From NCBI GenBank assembly GCA_030157565.1, contig JAOAUO010000110.1, positions 1-40,316 of the forward strand: DNA of 40,316 nucleotides, written 5' to 3'. This DNA comes from Legionellaceae bacterium. Its GTDB lineage: Bacteria; Pseudomonadota; Gammaproteobacteria; Legionellales; Legionellaceae. A program made the translations under genes and the position numbers. This document shows positions 26,172-35,671 of the stretch, piece by piece; position 1 is the first letter of the stretch; each line of letters starts with the position of its first letter. Under the pieces are notes generated by a model. That model did not search any database and was not told the DNA's origin. It saw nothing but the letters and a program-made list of their open reading frames with translations.

Positions 26172-27497
26172 ATGATGTTATCTGAATTGGCTTCTTTGTT
26201 TAAAATGCCTTGTTCGCATGATGCCCATTTGACCGGCGTTTGCATGGATAGTCGTCGGCTTACACCTGGGCAAGTGTATGTTGCGATTCAGGGCGAGCGC
26301 TTTGATGGCCATCAGTTTATTCAGGCGGCTGTAGAGAAGGGTGCGGCGGCGATCGTTTGCAGCAAGACGATTCCTAATTGTTCAGTCCCACAGTTTGTCG
26401 TATCGGACACGATACAGGCATTGGCGTCACTTGCCGCTTACTATCGTCGGTCACTGGATTGTGCCGTGATTGCATTGACCGGAAGCAATGGTAAAACGAC
26501 GGTTAAAGAAATGATTGCTTCTATTCTTCCCTCCCCATCGTTTGCGACTCCAGGCAATTTGAACAATCACATTGGAGCCCCGTTCAGTGTATTACAACTT
26601 CAACCGGAGCATCGTTACGCGGTATTTGAATTAGGCGCGAATCACCTGAATGAAATTGCGCACACCGTGGCCGTGGTTCAGCCGCAGGTGGCGTTGATCA
26701 ATAATATAGCCCCCGCACACATTGGCGAATTTGGTTCAATGGATGGTGTTGCTCGTGCGAAGGGTGAAATTTATGAAGGGCTCTCACAGGATGGCACGGC
26801 CGTTATCAATGATGATGATGTGTATGCTCATTTTTGGGATGCATTATTGGTTGATAAAAAAGTCGTTCGGTTTTCCGTGACAAAACCTGCCACGATTCAT
26901 GCGCGTGAGGTGGTATTGAATGCGCAAGGGTGTGCTGAATTTATATTGGTGACCCCCATTGGCGAAGGGCGGGTTCAGCTGGGCGTTCCAGGGATGCATA
27001 ACGTGAGTAATGCGTTGGCCGCTGCAGCGTGCGCGTTTGCATTGGGAATCGATTTGCCGGCGATTCAATCGGGATTGTTTAGGTTTTCAGGCGTTGCTGG
27101 ACGCATGACCTTTTTGAAAGGAAAACAGCAGGCTTGTATTATCGATGACACGTACAATGCGAATTTACGCTCGGCACTGACGGCACTGGATGTATTGGCC
27201 GCGCGAACGGGTGTGCGTGTGTTTGTATTGGGCGACATGGGTGAGCTTGGGGAGTGGAGCGAACGTCATCACCATGAAGTGGGTTTGGCGGCCCTATCCA
27301 AAGGAATTGATCGCCTGATGACATACGGCGTAGATAGTGCGCTGGCGGCCAAGGCGTATGGAGTGGGTGCCCAACATTATGATACACAAGCGGCACTCTT
27401 AGATGATTTGTTGATCGCATTGGATGTTGAAACCACGGTTCTGGTGAAGGGATCGCGGTCAAGCGCCATGGAAAAAATTGTACAACAATTAATATAA
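26172..27497 (+). CDS. murF: UDP-N-acetylmuramoyl-tripeptide--D-alanyl-D-alanine ligase
   Basis: DSRRLTPGQVYVAIQGERFDGHQF and the GSNGKTT P-loop. The ATG at 26172 has a GGAG about 10 nt upstream. The track start at 26151 has none. Confidence 0.9.
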   Translation: MMLSELASLFKMPCSHDAHLTGVCMDSRRLTPGQVYVAIQGERFDGHQFIQAAVEKGAAAIVCSKTIPNCSVPQFVVSDTIQALASLAAYYRRSLDCAVIALTGSNGKTTVKEMIASILPSPSFATPGNLNNHIGAPFSVLQLQPEHRYAVFELGANHLNEIAHTVAVVQPQVALINNIAPAHIGEFGSMDGVARAKGEIYEGLSQDGTAVINDDDVYAHFWDALLVDKKVVRFSVTKPATIHAREVVLNAQGCAEFILVTPIGEGRVQLGVPGMHNVSNALAAAACAFALGIDLPAIQSGLFRFSGVAGRMTFLKGKQQACIIDDTYNANLRSALTALDVLAARTGVRVFVLGDMGELGEWSERHHHEVGLAALSKGIDRLMTYGVDSALAAKAYGVGAQHYDTQAALLDDLLIALDVETTVLVKGSRSSAMEKIVQQLI

Positions 27498-27505
27498 TTT
27501 TAGAG

Positions 27506-27551
27506 TTTGGACGAAATGACATGCAAAAACACGCATGTCATTTCGTCCAAA
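27506..27551. repeat. Palindromic intergenic element, subtype A, loop AAAAACAC
   Basis: TTTGGACGAAATGACATGC-AAAAACAC-GCATGTCATTTCGTCCAAA. Perfect 19-bp stem, 9 nt after the murF stop. Confidence 0.95.
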
Positions 27552-27676
27552 TATAATAAGCTCATCAATCTTTAGAAAGCTCGGTGTATTTAATCGAGGG
27601 TTTGAACGCATTGGTCCTTGATCGCAAACCCTTTATTAAAACACAAGCCTTCCTAAGTCTCGAGGAGCTTATTATA

Positions 27677-27722
27677 TTTGGACAGAAAAGCATGAGGCTT
27701 TTTTCATGCTTTTCTGTCCAAA
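27677..27722. repeat. Palindromic intergenic element, subtype B, loop GGCTTTTT
   Basis: TTTGGACAGAAAAGCATGA-GGCTTTTT-TCATGCTTTTCTGTCCAAA. Perfect 19-bp stem, 90 nt upstream of mraY. Confidence 0.95.
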
Positions 27723-27812
27723 CTCCAAATATAAGAACGACGAATTGTAGTGACTGCCTGCGGCGTGTTATGCTGCGCCGATTTTTAAAAAACACTCATT
27801 AGGTGGACTGAA

Positions 27813-28898
27813 ATGCTTTATTGGATAACGCAATTACTACAAAGCCAACACCATGCTTTGCGTGTGTTTCAATATTTGACTTTCCGGTCAATATTGGCCG
27901 CGCTAACCGCATTGATGGTCGGTTTTTTTTTCGGCCCTCTGACCATACGATGGCTGCGTCGTTTGCAAATCGGACAAATGGTTCGCGATGACGGCCCTCA
28001 AAGTCATTTGTTGAAAGCCGGTACACCGACCATGGGTGGCGTGTTAATTATATTGGCCATCACGGTCAGTTGTTTGCTTTGGGGCGATTTTCACCAACCC
28101 AATTTGTGGTTGGTTCTTTTGGTGACCATCAGTTTTGGTTTGGTGGGTTGGGTGGACGATTATCGCAAATTGGTTTTAAAAAATAGCCGTGGCTTGCCCG
28201 GGCGCTGGAAATATTTTTGGCAATCAGTGATTGCATGCATTGCCGTGTTATACCTTTATTTTGATTCAAGCATCCCTATTCATACGCAATTAGCCATCCC
28301 ATTTTGTAAAACATGCTTGATAAGCTTAGGCCCTATGTTTCTAGTACTGGCCTATTTTGTCATCGTGGGCAGTAGCAATGCCGTTAATTTAACGGATGGC
28401 TTAGATGGACTCGCCATTATGCCGATTGTGATGGTGGCGGGTGCGTTAGGGATCTTTGCTTATGTCTCAAGCAACGCCGTGTATGCCCATTACCTATCCA
28501 TTCAATACGTGCCGAACACGGGAGAGCTCACCATTTTTTGCGCATCCATTCTGGGCGCAGGCCTGGGGTTTCTTTGGTATAATAGTTATCCGGCTCAAAT
28601 TTTCATGGGCGACGTGGGTTCATTGGCTTTAGGTGCGGCTTTGGGCACGGTGGCTATTGTCGTGCGTCAGGAATTAGTGCTATTAATTATGGGTGGTTTA
28701 TTTGTCATTGAAACCTTGTCTGTTATTTTGCAGGTGGGTTATTTCAAATGCTCGGGTGGGAAACGTTTATTTCGAATGGCGCCATTGCATCATCATTTTG
28801 AATTGAAAGGCTGGTCTGAGCCCAAAGTCATTGTTCGTTTTTGGATTATAACGGTGGTTTTTGTGTTGTGTGGTTTAGCGACATTAAAGCTTCGATAA
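27813..28898 (+). CDS. mraY: Phospho-N-acetylmuramoyl-pentapeptide transferase
   Basis: 361 aa and polytopic. [22 protein letters not shown], and LHHHFE motifs. AGGTGG SD. Confidence 0.95.
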   Translation: MLYWITQLLQSQHHALRVFQYLTFRSILAALTALMVGFFFGPLTIRWLRRLQIGQMVRDDGPQSHLLKAGTPTMGGVLIILAITVSCLLWGDFHQPNLWLVLLVTISFGLVGWVDDYRKLVLKNSRGLPGRWKYFWQSVIACIAVLYLYFDSSIPIHTQLAIPFCKTCLISLGPMFLVLAYFVIVGSSNAVNLTDGLDGLAIMPIVMVAGALGIFAYVSSNAVYAHYLSIQYVPNTGELTIFCASILGAGLGFLWYNSYPAQIFMGDVGSLALGAALGTVAIVVRQELVLLIMGGLFVIETLSVILQVGYFKCSGGKRLFRMAPLHHHFELKGWSEPKVIVRFWIITVVFVLCGLATLKLR

Positions 28899-28970
28899 TA
28901 TTGAGCATGAGAGCATACCGCATGAAAGAAGTCTTCAGCCGTGTGCTCTCATGTCTTGGGAGAGATCACG

Positions 28971-30317
28971 ATGAGCTCATCGCTTTATTTGGTTGTGGGC
29001 CTGGGTAAAACGGGTCACTCTATAGCCTATTTTTTACAACAACGAAATCAACCGTTCGTGCTCTTTGATACGCGTAAACAACCCGCGGGCTTAACTGAAT
29101 TTCATTTGGATTTTCCTGATGTAGATGTGTTTACAGGTGATTTTCCAGCCGCTATGTATGATCAGTTAACGGGCGTTATTTGCAGCCCAGGCGTTTCTGT
29201 GGATGAACCGGTGATACAGGAAGCCCTTGCTCGAGGCATCTCGGTGATGGGGGACATTGAATGCCTGGCCCGCGAAGTGCACGCCCCGGTTATTGCAATA
29301 ACCGGCACCAATGGAAAATCAACCGTCACGACCTTGGTGGGTGAGATGGCTCAATCAGCGGGTTTAACGGTTGCTGTGGCAGGAAATATTGGCACGCCTG
29401 TGTTGGCGTTACTCGATGATGGCATCCAGTATGATTTATGGGTTTTAGAGTTGTCTAGTTTTCAATTAGACCTGACTGAGTCGCTCGCCCCCATTGCGGC
29501 GACCATCCTCAATGTAACGCCTGATCATTTGGATAGACACCATGATATGGAGGCCTATCGACGGGCCAAACAACGTGTGTATCATCATGCTTCTTTTTTG
29601 TTGTACAACCGCGATGACAGCCTCACATCGCCTGACCGACATGAATGCATGCCAGCTGCTCGTTTAAATAGCTTTGGTTTAGATCAACCGACCGATGCGG
29701 CCTGGGGGTTACTCACCGATGGTGGTATTACGTACTTGGCTCACGGTCATTTACGACTCTTGCCGGTGGATGCATTGCGAATAAAAGGCCAGCACAATTG
29801 GTCTAACGCATTGGCCGCTTGCGCCTTGGCCCACGCTGCAGGGATAGGGTATGATTGCATGACGAATGTTTTGCAAGATTTTGCTGGTTTGCCTCACCGA
29901 AGCCAGTGGGTCAGAACACTCGATGGCGTGGATTTTATCAATGATTCAAAAGGCACGAATATTGGTGCGACCATTTCAGCCATTGCAGGAATAGGAGGCA
30001 GAATGCCAGGGAAAATTGTATTGATAGCAGGCGGTCAAGGGAAGGGGGCTGATTTTACTGCGTTGCGCGCTCCCATGGCCGATTTTGTCCGCTCAGTGGT
30101 TTTGATCGGTGAAGATGCTGAACCGATAGCACAAGCATTGGCTGATGCACTACCCGTGCTGCGGGCCTCGTCATTGGAACAAGCCGTCAGCACCGCTCGC
30201 ATGCAAGCCAAACCAGGCGATGTGGTTTTGCTGTCACCCGCGTGTGCCAGTTTCGATATGTTCCGCGATTTCAATCATCGTGGCGAATCATTTATTGCCG
30301 CGGTAAACAACTTATGA
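28971..30317 (+). CDS. murD: UDP-N-acetylmuramoylalanine--D-glutamate ligase
   Basis: VVGLGKTG Rossmann motif and GTNGKST P-loop. The ATG at 28971 has a GGGAGAG SD. The track start at 28941 is a GTG. Confidence 0.9.
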   Translation: MSSSLYLVVGLGKTGHSIAYFLQQRNQPFVLFDTRKQPAGLTEFHLDFPDVDVFTGDFPAAMYDQLTGVICSPGVSVDEPVIQEALARGISVMGDIECLAREVHAPVIAITGTNGKSTVTTLVGEMAQSAGLTVAVAGNIGTPVLALLDDGIQYDLWVLELSSFQLDLTESLAPIAATILNVTPDHLDRHHDMEAYRRAKQRVYHHASFLLYNRDDSLTSPDRHECMPAARLNSFGLDQPTDAAWGLLTDGGITYLAHGHLRLLPVDALRIKGQHNWSNALAACALAHAAGIGYDCMTNVLQDFAGLPHRSQWVRTLDGVDFINDSKGTNIGATISAIAGIGGRMPGKIVLIAGGQGKGADFTALRAPMADFVRSVVLIGEDAEPIAQALADALPVLRASSLEQAVSTARMQAKPGDVVLLSPACASFDMFRDFNHRGESFIAAVNNL

Positions 30318-31489
30318 GAGCCTCCGTTTACAAACAACGTGGTAAGGGAAATCCCTCCACTCATGCGCTCTACGATAAATGGTTAATAGCGGCTGTTATT
30401 GGGTTGCTTATCATCGGTCTCATGATGGTTGCATCCAGTTCGGTGATGGTTTCCACCAAATTTTATCATCAGCCGTTCCATTTTTTGATACGACAAGCGT
30501 GTTACCTTTTTGTGGGGTTTTTAGCGGCTATCGTTCTGATGCGTGTCGACAGCAGTGTGTGGGAAAAATACAGCGTTCCTCTCGTGTTGATTTGTCTGGC
30601 TTTATTGGTTGTGGTGTTAATTCCAGGTATTGGGCGGGTTGTAAATGGCAGCCGACGATGGGTTTCCATTGGGCCGATAAGCATTCAAGTGTCTGAGCTG
30701 GCTAAAATGACCATGGTGTTGTATGTGGCCGGATATTTAGTTCGTCAGCACAAAAATGTAGGCGAAAGTGTGCTGGGCTTTATCAAGCCGATGATTGTAT
30801 TGGTTGTGTTTGCGTTATTGTTATTGTTAGAGCCTGATTTCGGCGCGACCGTTGTGATCACCGGTACCGTCATGGCGATGTTGTTTTTGACTGGCGTGAA
30901 ACTGCGTTATTATATAGGTCTCGTGGTGATAGTCGGCTGTTGTTTGGCATTTCTTGCTATCTCGTCTCCCTATCGGATGGCTCGATTGACCGCTTTTTTG
31001 AACCCGTGGGCGGACCAATTTAATAGCGGTTACCAATTGACTCAATCCCTGATTGCGTTTGGACGCGGTGGATTATGGGGTGTGGGACTGGGCGAGGGCG
31101 TTCAAAAATTATTTTATTTGCCCGAAGCGCATACTGATTTTCTGTTTGCAGTACTGGCAGAGGAATTGGGCGTGATGGGGGTTCTACTTGTTTTGGGATT
31201 ATATAGTATACTGGTCTGGAGAGGACTATTGATCGGGTTGAGTGCGTACGCTCAAGACCGGTTATTTGCGGCATTTACAGCCTATGGCATGACATTTTGG
31301 CTAGGTTTGCAAGCCGCTATCAACATGGGCGTGAATTCGGGGTTGTTGCCGACAAAAGGGCTTACGTTGCCCTTACTGAGTTATGGTGGCGCCAGTTTGG
31401 TTGTTAATTGCATGGTGATAGCGATCTTATTGCGAATTGATCATGAAAATCGTTGGCAGTTGTTGGGATTGCGACCGCTGGCTTCTTAA
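30314..31489 (+). CDS. ftsW: SEDS-family peptidoglycan glycosyltransferase FtsW
   Basis: Polytopic. QPSELAK-like SELAKMT, PEAHTDF, and LPTKGLTLPLLSYGG motifs. ATGA overlap with the murD stop. Confidence 0.9.
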   Translation: MRASVYKQRGKGNPSTHALYDKWLIAAVIGLLIIGLMMVASSSVMVSTKFYHQPFHFLIRQACYLFVGFLAAIVLMRVDSSVWEKYSVPLVLICLALLVVVLIPGIGRVVNGSRRWVSIGPISIQVSELAKMTMVLYVAGYLVRQHKNVGESVLGFIKPMIVLVVFALLLLLEPDFGATVVITGTVMAMLFLTGVKLRYYIGLVVIVGCCLAFLAISSPYRMARLTAFLNPWADQFNSGYQLTQSLIAFGRGGLWGVGLGEGVQKLFYLPEAHTDFLFAVLAEELGVMGVLLVLGLYSILVWRGLLIGLSAYAQDRLFAAFTAYGMTFWLGLQAAINMGVNSGLLPTKGLTLPLLSYGGASLVVNCMVIAILLRIDHENRWQLLGLRPLAS

Positions 31490-31495
31490 AGGGGG

Positions 31496-32923
31496 ATGGG
31501 TTTGGACGGATTAGATCATTTTCTATCGCCTAGGATGGGGCGGGTGGAGCATATACATTTTGTCGGCATTGGTGGGACCGGTATGTGTGGGATCGCAGAG
31601 GTTTTACACGATGAAGGTTATGAGATCACAGGCTCTGACTTGAGTGAAAATCGTGCGGTATCGCATTTGAGATCATTGGGCATTGATGTGAAAATCGGCC
31701 ACTCCGTGGACCATATTCATGGCGCTGATGTAGTGGTTTCGTCTACGGCTATCCATGCTGACAATCCTGAAATCATGGCTGCACGTGAGCAACGGATTCC
31801 GGTTCTCCCGCGTGCTGCGATGTTGGCCGAATTGATGCGTTTTCGATATGGCATTGCCATTGCGGGCACGCATGGAAAGACGACCACGACCAGTTTTGTC
31901 AGTAGTCTATTGGCCGAAGGAGGCCTTGACCCCAGTTTTGTGATCGGTGGTAAATTAGCCAGTTGCGGCAGCAATGCACAATTGGGAAAATCGGCTTATT
32001 TTGTGGTGGAAGCGGATGAAAGTGATGCGTCGTTCTTATTTTTAAAACCGATGATGGCTGTTGTGACCAATATTGATGCGGATCATATGGAAACGTATGA
32101 TCATGATTTTGACAAACTAACCAGTACGTTCGTTGAATTTTTGCATCATTTACCATTCTATGGGCTGGCGGTGGTCTGCATTGAAGACGAGGTGATTCGA
32201 CGCATTTTGCCTGAAATTCAACGCCCTACCTTGACCTATGGTTTCCGAGATGAAGCTGATTATCGTGCAGTGGCATGGACTCAAACAGGCTTGCTCAGCG
32301 CGTTTACTGTGCGTCGCCCCGCGCCGCATCAAGCGATATCCATCCAACTCAATTGGCCAGGGCGGCACAATGTATTGAATGCGCTGGCATCCATCGCCAT
32401 TGCCACAGAGCTGGGCGTGGATGATGAATCGATCGCGCGGGGTTTATTGAATTTTCAAGGAGTGGGTCGGCGATTTCAAATGTTAGGAGAGCGTACTTTT
32501 GCGCAGGGCTCGGCATTGGTGGTGGATGACTATGGACATCACCCCAAAGAAATCAAAGCAACCCTTGACGCGTTTCGCGCCGTTTGGCCCAACAAGCGTT
32601 TAGTGCATGTGTTTCAGCCCCATCGCTACAGCCGAACGCAGGCACTGTTTGAACAATTTGTTGATGTGTTAAAAATGGCGGACGAGTTGCTGCTGTTGGA
32701 TATTTACTCCGCTGGCGAGTCAGTCATTCCAGGCATTAGTAGCGAGTCGCTTGCAAAAGAAATCAGTCGACATCAGGCGAAGGTGACGTTAGTCACTGAA
32801 CAAAACATGGAATCCGCATTGAATAAACTGGTCTTGGATGGCGATGTGATTCTTATCCAGGGAGCCGGTAGCGTAGGGCAATTAGCCACCAATCTGATGC
32901 TTGTTTCGCGAGAAATAGCATGA
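31496..32923 (+). CDS. murC: UDP-N-acetylmuramate--L-alanine ligase
   Basis: IHFVGIGGTGMCGIAEVL and GTHGKTTTT. The start is the ATG at 31496 or the internal Met at 31535. Confidence 0.9.
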   Translation: MGLDGLDHFLSPRMGRVEHIHFVGIGGTGMCGIAEVLHDEGYEITGSDLSENRAVSHLRSLGIDVKIGHSVDHIHGADVVVSSTAIHADNPEIMAAREQRIPVLPRAAMLAELMRFRYGIAIAGTHGKTTTTSFVSSLLAEGGLDPSFVIGGKLASCGSNAQLGKSAYFVVEADESDASFLFLKPMMAVVTNIDADHMETYDHDFDKLTSTFVEFLHHLPFYGLAVVCIEDEVIRRILPEIQRPTLTYGFRDEADYRAVAWTQTGLLSAFTVRRPAPHQAISIQLNWPGRHNVLNALASIAIATELGVDDESIARGLLNFQGVGRRFQMLGERTFAQGSALVVDDYGHHPKEIKATLDAFRAVWPNKRLVHVFQPHRYSRTQALFEQFVDVLKMADELLLLDIYSAGESVIPGISSESLAKEISRHQAKVTLVTEQNMESALNKLVLDGDVILIQGAGSVGQLATNLMLVSREIA

Positions 32924-33831
32924 TTCTATCGGACGACATGACGCGTGATGAGGTGAGCTATCAAGGGACATTGCTTTTCAATGAGCGATTGGCTGATTAC
33001 ACCACTTGGCGAGTCGGTGGACTGGCTCAGTCCATGTATAAGCCGGCTGGTGTGCTCGACCTTTCGGTGTTTTTAAAGCGATTGCCGGAGACCGAACCAC
33101 TGTTATGGTTAGGACTTGGCAGCAATTCACTGATTAAAGACCAAGGTTTTTCTGGCACGGTTATTCTGACGCAAGGGTGCTTGAATCATATTGAAGCGTT
33201 GAATGCGACCGATGTTCGGGTGGAGGCGGGGGTTTCTTGTGCAACGATGGCTCGGTTTTGCGCAAGAAATGATCGGGTCGGCGGTGAGTTTTGGGCCGGC
33301 ATCCCGGGCACCATGGGGGGGGCCTTGCGGATGAATGCGGGTTGCTTTGATGGTGAAACATGGGACTCTGTGATAGAAGTCGAAACCATGACCCGTACGG
33401 GTGAAATTCGTCGTAGAAAACCATCGGAGTTTGATGTTTCCTATCGGCATGTGGCGGGATTAGGAGAGGAATGGTTTGTTGCCGCCACCTGCCGTCTGGT
33501 TCCTGGGGAAAAAGAGCACTCTTTGCAACGCATTAAAACATTGTTGGCGCATCGAGCCGCGACGCAACCCACCAGCGAGTATAATTGCGGATCGGTTTTT
33601 AGGAATCCACCCCATGATTTCGCTGCACGGTTAATTGAATCGTGTGGGCTAAAGAGGGTCCGGTTGGGTGGCGCTGAGGTTTCAGATAAACATGCTAATT
33701 TTATCATTAACCATGAGGGAACCGCCACGGCCGGCGACATTGAGTTGCTAATACAACATGTTCAACGGACGGTATATGAACAGACCGGCACTGAATTAAT
33801 TCGTGAAATACACATCATTGGGGACAAGTAA
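32920..33831 (+). CDS. murB: UDP-N-acetylenolpyruvoylglucosamine reductase
   Basis: YTTWRVGG, the GLGSN FAD-binding domain, and GSVFRNP. ATGA overlap with murC. Confidence 0.9.
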   Translation: MILSDDMTRDEVSYQGTLLFNERLADYTTWRVGGLAQSMYKPAGVLDLSVFLKRLPETEPLLWLGLGSNSLIKDQGFSGTVILTQGCLNHIEALNATDVRVEAGVSCATMARFCARNDRVGGEFWAGIPGTMGGALRMNAGCFDGETWDSVIEVETMTRTGEIRRRKPSEFDVSYRHVAGLGEEWFVAATCRLVPGEKEHSLQRIKTLLAHRAATQPTSEYNCGSVFRNPPHDFAARLIESCGLKRVRLGGAEVSDKHANFIINHEGTATAGDIELLIQHVQRTVYEQTGTELIREIHIIGDK

Positions 33832-34925
33832 TGTCTAATCGTATTCATTTGGTTCTACTCTATGGTGGCAAGTCCGGCGAGCATGAAATTTCGTTGATTT
33901 CAGCCGCATCTGTTTTGGCACATTTAGACCCTGAACGGTTTCATATTATACCAATCGGCATGGATAAAGAAGGGCAACTGTATCTGAATGATTACAGCGA
34001 GTTATTAACCTACACGCAAGCGTTGCCAGTGATGACGACCGGATCGCAGGCCTTAGGCAGCTTGCTTTTAAACGGGCGTTTAGCCGTGCATGCTGACGTT
34101 GTTTTTCCGGTGGTGCACGGTCCGTTGTACGAAGATGGTTGCTTGCAAGGTCTCTTGGAGTTGGCCGGTGTGGCTTATGTGGGTTGTGATGTGTTGTCGT
34201 CCGCCATTGGCATGGATAAAGACATGGCTCGCCGTGTGGCAGGGATTCATGGTGTACCATCGGCTCGCTATCGGGCTTTATCATGGCATGCGACAGCGGC
34301 CGATACAACCGCATTTTGTCAGCAAACGGCCATAGAGCTCGGCTGGCCATTATTTGTTAAACCCTGCTCGATGGGATCGAGTGTTGGCATTCATAAAGCG
34401 CATAATATGGCTGAATTAATACTGGCTATTCAAGATGCACGACGATATGATAAAACAATCTTAGTCGAGGAATATATTCAAGGGCGAGAAATCGAAATCG
34501 CCGTGCTTGAAAATAGCTCTCCGGATAAAAAGCCGCTGGTGAGTGTGCCTGGCGAAATACGAGTGAACCATGCGGATGGTTTTTATTCTTACACGGCGAA
34601 ATATTTGGACAGTGATCAAACGGAGTTAATGATTCCAGCGGCTCTCGATGATACACTCGCTACTCGGCTGCAACGCGCGGCAGAGGATGTTTTCATGTCC
34701 CTCAAATGCAAAGGCATGGCGCGCATTGATTTTTTTGTTCAGGATGAGCAAGGTACCATATATTTTAATGAGATCAACACACTGCCTGGATTCACATCCA
34801 TCAGTATGTACCCGAAATTGTGGGCGGCCAGTGGGTTAACGTACCCGATGCTACTCAATCGATTGGTCGATTTGGCATTGGTGCATCAACGCTGCCGCGA
34901 GCAATTGGTGACACATTATCAGTGA
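33831..34925 (+). CDS. ddl: D-alanine--D-alanine ligase (long, DdlA-like form)
   Basis: [26 protein letters not shown], and [10 protein letters not shown]. Confidence 0.9.
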   Translation: MSNRIHLVLLYGGKSGEHEISLISAASVLAHLDPERFHIIPIGMDKEGQLYLNDYSELLTYTQALPVMTTGSQALGSLLLNGRLAVHADVVFPVVHGPLYEDGCLQGLLELAGVAYVGCDVLSSAIGMDKDMARRVAGIHGVPSARYRALSWHATAADTTAFCQQTAIELGWPLFVKPCSMGSSVGIHKAHNMAELILAIQDARRYDKTILVEEYIQGREIEIAVLENSSPDKKPLVSVPGEIRVNHADGFYSYTAKYLDSDQTELMIPAALDDTLATRLQRAAEDVFMSLKCKGMARIDFFVQDEQGTIYFNEINTLPGFTSISMYPKLWAASGLTYPMLLNRLVDLALVHQRCREQLVTHYQ

Positions 34926-35671
34926 TGGAATCCAACGTTAGGGATGAACGCATGGGCGTGGATGCTGAACGATTACGTTACGTAGGTTTTATGACCGCAT
35001 TGATCCTGTGTGCGTTGTTGTTGTCTGCGCGCATGGTTTATTTGTTTTTGGCCGATTCACAGCGTTTTCCTATCAATACGGTAAAAATTGTTGCAAACTA
35101 TCAGCATATTACACGTCACCAGCTGGAGCGTGTGTTGTCGACTTATCTTCAAGATAGTTTTGTGATGCTGCCTGTTGAGCGTCTTGAATCGGATTTGCTG
35201 GCGCTTGATTGGGCCGGCCATGTTCGGGCAGAGCGTGTGTGGCCTGATACCTTGAAAATAAAATTGGTTGAAAAACAGCCTGTTGCAATATGGAATGAGT
35301 CATTGATGACTGCAGATGGCATTTTGTTTAATCGTGGAAAGGGGCAAGCAGATATGGCCTTGCCGCGATTAAGTGGTCCGGAACCACAGCAAACGGACAT
35401 CTTACAAAATTATGAAAAATTCAGTAAGATATTATCAATCAATGGTTTGTCTGCATCCGCTTTGCAATTGCGTGATAATCAAGCGTGGGAGCTTTCACTC
35501 ACGAATGGAGTACAATTGTATTTGGGTAAACGAGATTTAGAACAGCGATTGTCGCGATTTATGAGGGCTTATCCTGTGCTTTTTGCAGATAAACCAGAGC
35601 AGGTGTCTAGTGTTGATTTACGTTACGCACGCGGTATGGCAGTGCAATGGAAGCAGCAAACGGGAAAATAA
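34925..35671 (+). CDS. ftsQ: Cell division protein FtsQ
   Basis: A single N-terminal TM helix, then a POTRA-like region (FPINTVKIVANYQHITRHQLE). TGATG overlap with ddl. Canonical position. Confidence 0.8.
   Translation: MESNVRDERMGVDAERLRYVGFMTALILCALLLSARMVYLFLADSQRFPINTVKIVANYQHITRHQLERVLSTYLQDSFVMLPVERLESDLLALDWAGHVRAERVWPDTLKIKLVEKQPVAIWNESLMTADGILFNRGKGQADMALPRLSGPEPQQTDILQNYEKFSKILSINGLSASALQLRDNQAWELSLTNGVQLYLGKRDLEQRLSRFMRAYPVLFADKPEQVSSVDLRYARGMAVQWKQQTGK

Larger units (their letters stand above)
27506..27722. mobile_element. Composite inverted duplication of about 217 bp (MITE-like), built from two diverged roughly 108-bp half-elements, each ending in a 46-bp hairpin
   Basis: The arms are 27506-27563 and 27665-27722. 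They include a perfect 13-bp inverted repeat, ATATAATAAGCTC (27551-27563) with GAGCTTATTATAT (27665-27677). An inner pair, AGGGTTTG (27597-27604) with CAAACCCT (27625-27632), is also present. Everything is centred at about 27614. Confidence 0.6.

Noticed and set aside
27491-27734. AATATAA on both sides of the murF-mraY composite element (27491-27497 and 27728-27734), considered as a possible target-site duplication
   Set aside because: The same heptamer recurs inside the element, directly after the first hairpin (27550-27556). Similar AAATA(T/C) tails follow other copies. It is therefore part of the element's flank motif and not a duplication of target DNA.
27565-27795. 76-aa minus-strand ORF that shares a GVWT(E/K)KHE...(L/F)FCPN motif with the 86-aa ORF at 37915-38175, and loosely with the ORF at 11745-11987 (GAWTKRHG)
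   Set aside because: The shared peptide is the translation of the palindromic DNA element (GTCCAAA...TTTGGAC) present at each site. The ORFs otherwise have no similarity or RBS, and they overlap real genes or spacers. This is a repeat artefact, not a protein family.
28905-28955. A 10-bp inverted repeat, CATGAGAGCA...TGCTCTCATG, in the mraY-murD spacer
   Set aside because: The loop is about 27 nt, the structure occurs only once, and it bears no relation to the palindromic family. It might modulate murD translation, but I cannot support that from the sequence alone.
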